A stretch of 61,379 nt of DNA from Candidatus Hydrogenedentota bacterium. GTDB lineage: Bacteria > Hydrogenedentota > Hydrogenedentia > Hydrogenedentales > SLHB01. This document shows, in pieces, positions 1-9,331 of the stretch. A program made the translations under genes and the position numbers. Location: contig JAWXCN010000222.1 in the NCBI GenBank assembly GCA_034408725.1, positions 1-61,379 on the forward strand, in the 5' to 3' direction. The notes beneath the pieces were generated by a model that did not search any database, had not been told where the DNA came from, and saw only the letters and a list, made by a program, of their open reading frames with translations. Each line of letters begins with the position of its first letter. Within the stretch, counting starts at the first letter, position 1.

Positions 1-536
1 ATCACCGATACTTTTCCCGGTGCGCATCCACATGCCACGAGGTACTGCGCGAGCGCGGCGTGCGGCGCGACGATTTGCGCGGCGCGGCGCGGAAACGTAC
101 GGTCGAGCCATGTGCCCAACTGCTTTCCCCCGAAACGGAATCCGCGATAGTGGGGCAGTTCATCGGCCATCGCGTTGTGCGCCTGGTACACGACGGGACA
201 CGCGCGCGCGGCCAAAGCGACGAGAAGACCTTCGTAGTTGTGCGCCTGCACAACTTCAATTCGTTCCGACCGGACGACGGCGCGCAATGTCGCGACCAGC
301 GCGAAATCAAGCAACGGTTTCGCGAGCGTGGGACCGGCCTTCGTGTGGTGTCCGCCGGCGACGTGCGCGGAACGATGAATTTGCAGTCCGCTTTCGTCAA
401 TGCCCTCGCCATATCCATAGACGACAAGATGAATATCATGGCCGCGCTCGCGCAACGCGAGCGCGGTGTCCCGCAAAAATACTTGCGAACCCTGCGGCAC
501 GGGATATGGACACGCGCCAACGATTGCAACGCGCAC
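1..536 (-). CDS. Glycosyltransferase family 4 (GT-B) protein, N-terminal part; runs off the window edge
   Basis: Not in the ORF track. Manual translation from GTG at 536: MRVAIVGACPYPVPQGSQVFLRDTALALRERGHDIHLVVY...VVQAHNYEGLLVAL...PVVYQAHN, a typical GT4 N-terminal domain. Starts 2 nt after the upstream stop codon. Confidence 0.8.
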   Translation of the reverse strand, partial: MRVAIVGACPYPVPQGSQVFLRDTALALRERGHDIHLVVYGYGEGIDESGLQIHRSAHVAGGHHTKAGPTLAKPLLDFALVATLRAVVRSERIEVVQAHNYEGLLVALAARACPVVYQAHNAMADELPHYRGFRFGGKQLGTWLDRTFPRRAAQIVAPHAALAQYLVACGCAPGKVSV

Positions 537-538
537 CG

Positions 539-1810
539 CTACTTCTCGATGATCAATTCGTCCCGCAGCACGCCGTCGAAATCGTAACAGCGGTATGCGA
601 GCCGGTCGGGATTCGTGGTGATGTCGATAATCTGATACGTCGACACGTTCGCAAAGGCAACATCGGCGTAGGTGTGCGGTTCTTGTTCGTAATATTTTTT
701 CCCAGACACCGACACGATGTAGTACGTACCGTCTTCTGCCGACGCCACGCGCGCGTTGTCACGCATTGGGAACGTGCGAAGATAAGCGTGATCGTGCCCT
801 GTAAACGCGATGTCCACGTGGTACCTGTCAAACAGTTCGCCCCACGTGTCCCGCACATACGCATTCTCGCGGTGCGGCGCCGAGGGATACGACGGATGAT
901 GGTACGCCGCGAACTTCCAGGTGGCCTTCGAGTTCTTCAGTTGCTGCTCCAACCACGGCGTTTGCTCGTGCAAGTCGCGGTTTGAGTCAAGCACCACGAA
1001 CAGCGCGTTGCTGTACATGAAACTGTAGGCCCGCTCCGGTCCGATTGACGGCGGCCCGTTCTCATGCACTGCGAACGATTCCAGGTACAAGCGCGGCACG
1101 CTCTTCTTGTCGTAGTCATGATTGCCCAGCACGGGAACAATGGGGCGCTGGTTAAACACGTCTTTCCCGGCATCGAAAAACTTGTCCCATTCGTTGCGCC
1201 AACTTCCACTGTTCACGAGATCGCCCGCGACAACGTAAAATGCCGCGGCTGAGTACTGTTCGTTGGCCTTGCCGATTAATTTGCCCCAATATTCGAGACC
1301 GAGCTGCGGATCGCCGAGGTAATTGAAACTAAAATCGGCGATGGTATCCGGCGCGGTCGTAAAATCCGCCCACTCGGTCCAGGTATTTTTCTGTTTGCTT
1401 CCGGCGCGGTAGGTGTACAGCGTCGCCGGACGCAACCCCGTCATCACACAGGTGAACCGGTGAATCACCGGATCGTTGATCAGCATTTTGTCTTCGAGCA
1501 CGGCGCGCGACGCGGGTAGCTCAACCGCTGTTTCGGGACCCGCGTCTTTCACGCGCCATTGCACCCACCCATCTTCGACGGCAGTGCTTGTGCGCCACTG
1601 AACAGTTTGCGTCGTTTGCGGCGCTCCGCTCCAGGTAAGACAAAGCTGGTCTGGCTGCTCCGTTGCAACCAATGCGGTCTTTCGCTCGAAGGTGCGGTCG
1701 ATATACCAATCGCGGACATTGTTCTCGAATTGGACATACGCAACGATTCCCGCAGTGAGCAGTACCAGAGCGAGTGTTCCGCGAAGAGCATATTTTGCGG
1801 GGCGGTTCAT
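539..1810 (-). CDS. Membrane-anchored purple acid phosphatase-like metallophosphoesterase (FN3-like + calcineurin-like domain)
   Basis: N-terminal TM helix; motifs GDPQ, GDLV, GNHD, HHP, GHDH. Confidence 0.9.
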   Translation of the reverse strand: MNRPAKYALRGTLALVLLTAGIVAYVQFENNVRDWYIDRTFERKTALVATEQPDQLCLTWSGAPQTTQTVQWRTSTAVEDGWVQWRVKDAGPETAVELPASRAVLEDKMLINDPVIHRFTCVMTGLRPATLYTYRAGSKQKNTWTEWADFTTAPDTIADFSFNYLGDPQLGLEYWGKLIGKANEQYSAAAFYVVAGDLVNSGSWRNEWDKFFDAGKDVFNQRPIVPVLGNHDYDKKSVPRLYLESFAVHENGPPSIGPERAYSFMYSNALFVVLDSNRDLHEQTPWLEQQLKNSKATWKFAAYHHPSYPSAPHRENAYVRDTWGELFDRYHVDIAFTGHDHAYLRTFPMRDNARVASAEDGTYYIVSVSGKKYYEQEPHTYADVAFANVSTYQIIDITTNPDRLAYRCYDFDGVLRDELIIEK

Positions 1811-1880
1811 ATAATTCCTGCGTGTGGCGATGTTATGCGCTTAGGGCGTGGGGAAGACTACGCGCACCGTATGTTTGCAT

Positions 1881-3461
1881 TCACTCGAAATACCCAAGAT
1901 CGCGCAGGCGTTGTTCGATGGCGCGCTCTTGCGCCTGAGAATACACGCTTGCACTGGCGAGTGCATAGCCGGATGCAGCTTCACTTTCGGAGTACTGCGA
2001 CAACAGACTCGTTCCATCCATCGGCGGTCCAGCCACGCCCAGTTCAGCAAGCACCGTCGGAGCGAGGTCTTCGAGGCGCGCCGCGCCGCAGGGCGTAGGC
2101 CGCGATAAAAAGAGCACGCCCGTTGGCCGGTGGTTCCCGGTCATTCCGCGCTCTTTACCGCCGGGATACTCATCCGGCTGCAATCGCCGGAAGCTGGGCC
2201 CGCCCCGGCTGCGAATGCACGAATGCGAATAGCTGTTTTCCAGAGCAAGTTCGATAATGATGTCTGGAGCACGTTCCACAAAAGGACCGTCATAGACGTC
2301 GGATCGGCGGCGCGCGCACGCAATGACGTCCCAGGATTCGAGGCGCTCGCACAGCTCGGCACAGAATGCATCATACTCGCCAGGCACGACGACGCCTCGC
2401 TGCTCGCGGCCCGCGAGGTTCACGCGAATCGACGGAAAATAGTTGAGTTCATCCGACCATGCGCGGGTATGGGCGAAGTCAATGCCCGCGTATCGCGAGT
2501 GACTTTCCGCGCGCGCTGCAAGCCCTTCAAATGCACGAAAGAGCGCGCCGCGCGCCGCATGCGGGGTGAAGCGAAGCGCCGCGCGCTTTAGCATGCTGCC
2601 GCGCGCCGGTGCGAAGGTGAGATAGCCGTTTTCCGCCAGCCAATTGTTAATGTGTACAACGCCCGTCCCTGCCCCGCCGAATCCGTGGTCGGAGCATACG
2701 CCGACAACAACCTCTTCTCCGGCGGCGTCGATCAGCCGCGCGACGGCGTGGTCTAATTTCTCATACACCTCGCGGATCGCGGATTCCTTCCCCGGACGGA
2801 ATCGCGGCGACTGCGGATCATGGAACGACCAGAAATGGTGAGAGACGGTATCCGATTCGCCAAACACCACCATGAAAAAGTCCCAGGGTTCCCGTCGAAG
2901 CAAACGTTCGGCAATTTCCGCTTTGTCGTCAATCTTCGCCAGCAGTTTGGCATGCGCCATCGTGTGCCAGCCTTCGCCGATATCGTGTTCCTGGAAATCC
3001 GCAAAACGCCAGGCAATCACCTCGTCATATATTTCCGGCGGTTCAACAAATGAACGGTCTATACGCGTTGCGACCGGCGAATCGAATCCCGCTACCATGA
3101 TGCCGTTCACTGCTTCCGGCGGATACGTGCCCGGCACGCCAAGCACGCAAACCCGCTTGCCCGCTTGCGAAAGAATGTTCCATAGCGCGGGGGCACGCCG
3201 GTGCGTGCTGTTCACGAAGCGAATCGCGTATTCACCGTCCACCTGCTCCGTGAAATCGAAGATGCCATGCCTGCCCGGATTCATTCCGGTAACGCAGGTA
3301 CACCACGCGGGAAACGTCACCGGCGGCTCGACGCTCGCACACGGAAGATACGCGCCCCGGTCGCGTAGCGACGCCAATGCCGGCAGGCGTCCCTCGTTCA
3401 TCCAGCGTTCGCAGAGGGTAGGCTCTGCGCCATCCAGGCCAATCAGTAAAAATCGCGACAT
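1881..3461 (-). CDS. Alkaline phosphatase superfamily protein (type I phosphodiesterase/nucleotide pyrophosphatase-like)
   Basis: IGLDGA, PPVTFPAW...TGMNPGRHGIFDF, SDHGFG, GNHRPTG and C-terminal RLRDLGY motifs. Confidence 0.85.
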   Translation of the reverse strand: MSRFLLIGLDGAEPTLCERWMNEGRLPALASLRDRGAYLPCASVEPPVTFPAWCTCVTGMNPGRHGIFDFTEQVDGEYAIRFVNSTHRRAPALWNILSQAGKRVCVLGVPGTYPPEAVNGIMVAGFDSPVATRIDRSFVEPPEIYDEVIAWRFADFQEHDIGEGWHTMAHAKLLAKIDDKAEIAERLLRREPWDFFMVVFGESDTVSHHFWSFHDPQSPRFRPGKESAIREVYEKLDHAVARLIDAAGEEVVVGVCSDHGFGGAGTGVVHINNWLAENGYLTFAPARGSMLKRAALRFTPHAARGALFRAFEGLAARAESHSRYAGIDFAHTRAWSDELNYFPSIRVNLAGREQRGVVVPGEYDAFCAELCERLESWDVIACARRRSDVYDGPFVERAPDIIIELALENSYSHSCIRSRGGPSFRRLQPDEYPGGKERGMTGNHRPTGVLFLSRPTPCGAARLEDLAPTVLAELGVAGPPMDGTSLLSQYSESEAASGYALASASVYSQAQERAIEQRLRDLGYFE

Positions 3462-3505
3462 GGCGCCTATTGTAACGATTCAGAATTGCCGTGCCTAGAA
3501 TCGGC

Positions 3506-6500
3506 CTACTCGAGTGAAAATCCTTCGTCACTGTTATCGCCCACACTTTTGTACGTTGTGGACACTACACGTACCCGATACCCGCTGCTTGCAGCTAAAT
3601 CATCACGAAATTTGCATTTTTGCTTACCATCGTTGGGAGTAAATTTCTTTAGATTTTTTACGAACTTACCGTTTCGCCACAGTTCCAGACGCACATCATT
3701 TCCAACAATGCCCTCTGATTTCCATGTTACTTTCGATTTCTTTCCAAGCTCCCATACTTCGCCGCCATTAGGACGGCGCATTTGAAGGCGACCGAGATCA
3801 CGCGGATTGGTGCCAGCTTGATATTCTGCAAAGTTAGTCACCCCGTCCAGATCCGCGTCCAAAGGCGCGTCCGCTAGGGATAAGGGATTAAACTGGTACG
3901 CGACTTCCCATCCGTCTGGCATCCCATCCAGATCTGTATCAGCCTTCGCAGGATCAGTCCCAAGTGTAGTCTCCGCCGTGTCCCAGATACCGTCATTGTC
4001 TGCATCATTGTCCAAATAATCCGCAATGCCATCCTGATCTTCGTCTGTCGTGCCCTCGACCGAATCCAGTATAAAGTCTCCGTCTGAATCGGTATCTAGG
4101 TAATTGGGCAAACCATCGCCGTCCGAGTCATTCGCACCTTCTTCCCAATCGGGAATGCCATCTCCATCCTCATCAGTGATGTTGTGTTGGGTCGCGGCGA
4201 GCGTCAGTTCGTCAATCACAACTTCAACCGGATGATCAGCCGCGGTAGATGACGCGATGATAGTTAACAAAACCTCCTGGCCAGCAAAAAGCGAAACATC
4301 AATCCATGGTGTCAGTTGATCTATCCCAGCGAGAATCTCTGTCGACTGAGTTGTACACAATGGAATTCCGTTGACGAATAATTCCAGCATGTCCCCAGCG
4401 TATGCAGATTCAAACCGATAAGCGAATTGTAGGAATTCAGACTCCTCCGGCATCGTAAAAGCGAATTGTGCAGTTGTCGAGGTTGTGGTGCCCATGCTTA
4501 GCGTGCCACTGGAAATCGAGGAGCCCACGCTCAATTGCCAATCGCCCGAATCGTCGAAAGCGTCCACAAAAATCGGAACTAACTCCGTATCGGGCAAGTT
4601 TTTCATTGTTTTTGAGGCAGCTTGCATAACATATGGATAGTAACCGAAGAGTAGCGGAATGGAAGTACGCTTGGGACTCCAAGTCCCTGTTGTAACGTTT
4701 GAATTCATTCCGGCCGAGGTTAAGCCTTGCCAGAAAATCGCGCCATTCGGATCAGTGGTGCTATTAAGTTGGAGATAGTAGCGTCGCATCGCATCGCCCC
4801 AAGCCGTCGAACTAGCTGGCAACTGAGATGGTACATTCGTATCTATAGTGCTTGTAAACCACCAGTATGAGAAACTGTGATCTCTGACTATGCCGGGATT
4901 TGAGATTTCCGTAACGGGAAGGAGTGAAATATTGGATGCAGATTCATATCCGCGCCCTGCAAATTCGGTTATGTAACAATCAACTTTGGTGTCGTCAGCG
5001 GTGAGGTCACTAACCACATCTTGAAGATTGACCTTGACTGGCAGAGCAGGGTACGCACCAGCCAGCAGAATAAGGGATCCAGCTTCCGGAGGATCGAGCA
5101 GCGTAACCCGCTCAGCATGTCTGTCTGACTTTCGAAGTTTATCTGCCGCGTGAGCGGCGACAGCCGCTCCGAGACTGTGGCCGATCAAATGGAGTTTGTT
5201 TGCCGGTCGAACATTTTTCAGCCGTTCCGCAAGTGCATCGGCTTCTACTGGCACTCTATATAAAGGCGGGTACGGGAGCACAATCCAGCCCAATACCGGA
5301 AGCCTCACTTCCAATGAGCGCGCATCATCCAGCCAATTCCAAGCAATAATCTCGCTGTTTGTATCCCGCCGAGCGATGGCTGCAGCCATCTCGCTCATCC
5401 AGTTCGGGAGTGCTGTATCTTCAGCGAAGTTCCAACCATGGATAATTACATACGTGTGCTTGTTTGGGTCGGGCGTCCAGTTTGGAAGTTGACCTCCGAA
5501 TCCTGTTTGTGGGTTCCAAGCTCGTATTTTCAATTGGCCCGGCAACCCCGACGTTTCAGTCTGACTAATGACATTTAGCAATGGCGGCGTGGAATTGGCC
5601 GTATCAGACTGGATTGTGATGATTCCGAATCGGGCTTGATCGCTGGTATTCGGCGAAAGCTGGCTTAATGTGACTTCTCCGGAACCAACACCTGTAGATG
5701 GGGAATCGAATTTCAGCCAGTCTGAGCCTTGATCGATTTGCATTTGCCAATCTGTAGACCCAGCGCCGTTGGCGATTACCTGGACTGCCTTAGATGCCGC
5801 TTTCCCATTTCCTGGCTCGAATACAACGGTCTGTGGGTACACGTCGATGCCTGTTGAAACAGTCCCGGCTTCCTGAGTCAGAGTTGCGATTTGCGGCGAC
5901 CCGGTCGCTCCGGGGGCCGTGACCCGAATTTGTCCCGTGCGTTCGGTTCCAGAGTAGTTCGCGTTGTAATGAACATTAATGATACCTCGTTCCGCGCCTG
6001 CTGCCCCGGAAATGACTCGAAGCCAATCTCCATCAGTTACTTGGGCCGAGTATGTACCACCTGTGTTTGAAATAGTGTATGACGATATTCCTCCTAACCG
6101 CGACACTGAATAATTCGCCGGAGAAATATTAAGCGCACTGTCCATCATGTTGATCTTCGCGATGTAAAGTCCATTGTTCCCCGCCGCCATGCACAGAATG
6201 TCTCCTGAAATTGCCAGTTCCCCTCCGGCATCGAAACTTGCTCGAAGTATTGGGAGAAGCGGATTGGATATATCGATAATTTGCAGCCCTTCGCCGCCTA
6301 GGAATACTAAATTATTCGACACATATACATAGGCGCCAAAAGTTTGCCAAACACTTAACAAAGCTGGATTGGTAGGATTAGAAATGTCAATTATTTCTAA
6401 ACCACCGGTCGTACCGACTAACGCAAGATCAGCAGAAGTAGCTATACTGATTGCTTGGTTGTCAGTCTCAAAAGACTTTAATAAGATTGGGTTGTGCTCA

Positions 6501-8013
6501 TTCGAAATGTCTATTATTTGTATCCCAGAGTTACGAGCGGCTACAATTGCGAGATTACCTGAAACAGCAACTGCAAGCGCTAAATCCGGCATTTCGCAAC
6601 TACCCAGAAGTACGGGTGCCTCTGGATTTGACACATCAACAATCTCAAGTTCGTCGTCTCCTGATAAATATGCTCGATTTCCAACGACAGAAAGTCCAAG
6701 CACGTATGTGGAATATGAGCCACGGAAAGTTGGAGCATTTACATTAGATACGTCAAAAATTCTCAATTCTCCGGCGGCAGCTACATACGCATAATTGCCG
6801 ACAACTGCGATGTCAGTCCCGCCGGATAAATTTGATTCTCCCAATAGCTGGGGGTTTCGCGGATCTGTTAAATCTATAACTCGCATTGCGTGAAATTGGT
6901 CAGCAACAAAAGCTATATTCCCTACCATATCAACGCTTCGCGGGTTATAAGGCGGTGCGGAACTTCCGAGAAAGCTTGGCTCCTCTGGATTTGAAATGTC
7001 TACGATCTGTAAGCCAACGTGACTATCAGCTAGAAATGCGAGCTGATTCGAGATGGCAACTCCATTTGTGTACCATGGCGTATCGTACGTGCTCGAAAGT
7101 CTTGGGTTAGCCGGATTGGAAGTGTTGATAATGTGCAGCCCCTCGTATTCATCTGTAATATAGGTCCGGTTTCCGGAAGTCGCAATGCTCTGCGCCGCCA
7201 TTGATGAGTAATTACCGCGTAGCGCGACGGCACTGGGAATCGAAAAATCTACAATGTGCAGCCCAGTCCCTTCGTCGGCGAGATATGCCAAGTTTCCAAA
7301 AATAGCTATATCTCGCAGACTCCCCGGTGTGTCATACGTGCCAAGGTACGACGGCATCGCAAGATTGGAGATATCCAAGATTTGCATTCCAGATAGGCCG
7401 TCTGCAATTAATGCGTAATTGCCCGCTAAAGCGACTGCGTATGCAAACCCTGGCGTGTCATAACTACCGCGTAAGATAGGTGCAGTTGGATTCGTGAAGT
7501 CAATAATCTGCAGGCCTGACATTGTGTCAGCAACAAATGCAAGATTTCCCAAAATGGCTACACCATGTGCGTTTCCAGGAGTGTTGTAATTTCCGCGCAA
7601 TTCGGGAGCATTTGGATTTGAAACATCTATGATTTGGAGACCAGATACACCGTCGGCCACGAAAGCCAGATTTCCCGAGACAGCTACGTCAAGAGCAAAC
7701 CCAGAGGTATCACAACCACCGAGGAAGATTGGATTCGCTGGATTGGAGATGTCAAAAATCTTTAGTCCCCAGAAATTTCCAGTCGCAACGAAAGCCAGTT
7801 GTCCACTAACGGCAACAGCTTCTGACTCTCCCCCCCAAAACGATCGAGTAATTCAATTTCAATGTCTTCCCCAAGGGCTAAATCTGGAAGAAATAAAATA
7901 AAAAAACTGAATAGAAACAGACCCCACACCACCACGAAAGATTTAAGCGGTATGTGGCAAGCTCGTCTTTCAACCAAGATAGCACCTGTGATGAAGGTTG
8001 AGTTTCGAGGCAT
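3506..8013 (-). CDS. Large exported modular protein (LVIVD repeats, two BACON-like domains, lipase-like alpha/beta hydrolase, Ca-binding DxDGDG repeats, C-terminal Ig-like domain); frameshifted at a G7 tract at 7830-7836
   Basis: Track ORF 3506..7660 is open upstream to about 7830 with further LVIVD repeats (ESEAVAVSGQLAFVATGNFWGLKIFDISNPANP). ATG 8013 with a GGAG RBS and a hydrophobic signal lies in another frame. Hydrolase motifs HGW, GHSLG, LDP. Confidence 0.8.
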
Positions 8014-8309
8014 TCTTATCTCCATAATTGGATGGCTATCGCGTCCAATGCCTGGACGAAGCATTCTATCGAACCCCACACAATGACCGCTGAAATAATC
8101 AACGCGACAATTATGGAACTATCCTTTGCGAAGCTAGCTCAAAAAAACTTTGGAGTTTGCCGAATCAAAAGGAGACCGCACAGAGAATCAATCAGGCCGT
8201 CGTCGTATGACGACCAACTGAATTGATTTCAGTATATCAAATTGCCCACGCCATTTTAGGTCATGATTAATAAATATTCCAGAAACCTATTCTCTCTCTG
8301 CCATAGTCT

Positions 8310-8348
8310 AAAAAAACTGATGGGCCGCAACATCGCTGCTGCGGCCCA
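8310..8348 (-). terminator. Intrinsic terminator closing the small-peptide operon
   Basis: Minus strand TGGGCCGCA-N10-TGCGGCCCA followed by TCAG and T7. Confidence 0.75.
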
Positions 8349-8406
8349 CCTTAAACTACGCTCATGAGCGGGCTCCGATCAGTGCCGGAGCCAAAAACGA
8401 CAGAAC

Positions 8407-8601
8407 CTAGAGGTTGTCGTCGGCGACTTGATCCCGCAGATCAGCGGGGATCAAACGGCCTGTCCAGAAGCCAAAGAACTTCTCGAGGGTCAGACCGATA
8501 ACGACGACGATGTCCGTCCAGTCCGAAATTGCAAAGATGTTTCGCGGCACCAGGTATGCGGGAGCCGGAAGCGCCTTTGAAACGCGACCGATGTGCTTCA
8601 T
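8407..8601 (-). CDS. Small peptide 3 of the MKH-leader family (64 aa)
   Basis: MKHIGRVSKALPAPA-YLVPRNIFAISDWTDIVVVIGLTLEKFFGFWTGRLIPADLRDQVADDNL; RBS GGAGG/GAGGA upstream; leader shared with both neighbours. Confidence 0.8.
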   Translation of the reverse strand: MKHIGRVSKALPAPAYLVPRNIFAISDWTDIVVVIGLTLEKFFGFWTGRLIPADLRDQVADDNL

Positions 8602-8719
8602 GATCCTCAAACCTCCAATGAGTAGTCAGACCGTCACAACGTAAACGAAACCATCTCTCACCCCATGGAGAGAATGGCAGGGCAATACCGGCGAAGAATT
8701 CACCGGCGAGAACCCATCG

Positions 8720-8887
8720 TTACACGTCCCGCGGGTCCAGGGTGCCCAACGTGTTGAAAAGTGCGTTTACGTACAACGCCTTGGCGCTTGCCGCACCGCC
8801 CGATTTCAATTCACCGACACCGGTGAACCAGCCAAACCACCAGGCGGACATTGGTGTGGCCTTTGATATCTTACGAACATGTTTCAT
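8720..8887 (-). CDS. Small peptide 2 of the MKH-leader family (55 aa; not in ORF track)
   Basis: MKHVRKISKATPMSA-WWFGWFTGVGELKSGGAASAKALYVNALFNTLGTLDPRDV*; AAGGA RBS. Confidence 0.8.
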   Translation of the reverse strand: MKHVRKISKATPMSAWWFGWFTGVGELKSGGAASAKALYVNALFNTLGTLDPRDV

Positions 8888-9059
8888 TTGTCAGAGTCCT
8901 TTCGCGAAACTCTCCCATTGCACAGTGCGATGGGTTTCCGTTTTCCAACTGGTTGTGAACAGGAGTTAGTTCGCGGAAGGTTTGGGTGGATAGATGCTGG
9001 AGCTATCCCCTCCCGGTCTCCCTTCCGCTATGGCAAACTCAATTGGTTCGAAACGGCCA

Positions 9060-9212
9060 CTAGTTCTGACGCCAGTTGTCGAACAACGCAACCAGCCAAT
9101 TTGCCTGTTGCGGGCGCAACTTAAGCGGCCCAAAAATGTTCTTCAACTCGACCCACGCAACCTGTTCGGCTGCAATGGGCTTTTTGGTCGATAGCACCTT
9201 CACATGCTTCAT
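9060..9212 (-). CDS. Small peptide 1 of the MKH-leader family (50 aa; not in ORF track)
   Basis: MKHVKVLSTKKPIAA-EQVAWVELKNIFGPLKLRPQQANWLVALFDNWRQN*; strong RBS GAGGAGGTGA 8 nt upstream. Confidence 0.82.
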   Translation of the reverse strand: MKHVKVLSTKKPIAAEQVAWVELKNIFGPLKLRPQQANWLVALFDNWRQN

Positions 9213-9293
9213 ACGGCGACTCACCTCCTCTCTCCTTCCGACTTGTATTCAGTCGTTCGCATTAAAACCGCCGGGTACACCCCAGCCGGGTCT

Positions 9294-9322
9294 ATTGTGA
9301 ACGATTGGAGCTAATTATGCAA
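9294..9322 (-). promoter_or_regulatory. Candidate sigma70-type promoter for the peptide operon
   Basis: Minus strand TTGCAT-17 nt-CACAAT about 80 nt upstream of peptide 1. Confidence 0.4.
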
Positions 9323-9331
9323 CCCCTTGCG

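Noticed and set aside
8742-9300. Plus-strand track ORFs over the peptide locus
   Set aside because: No RBS or shared motif, whereas the minus-strand peptides have RBSs, a shared leader and a terminator
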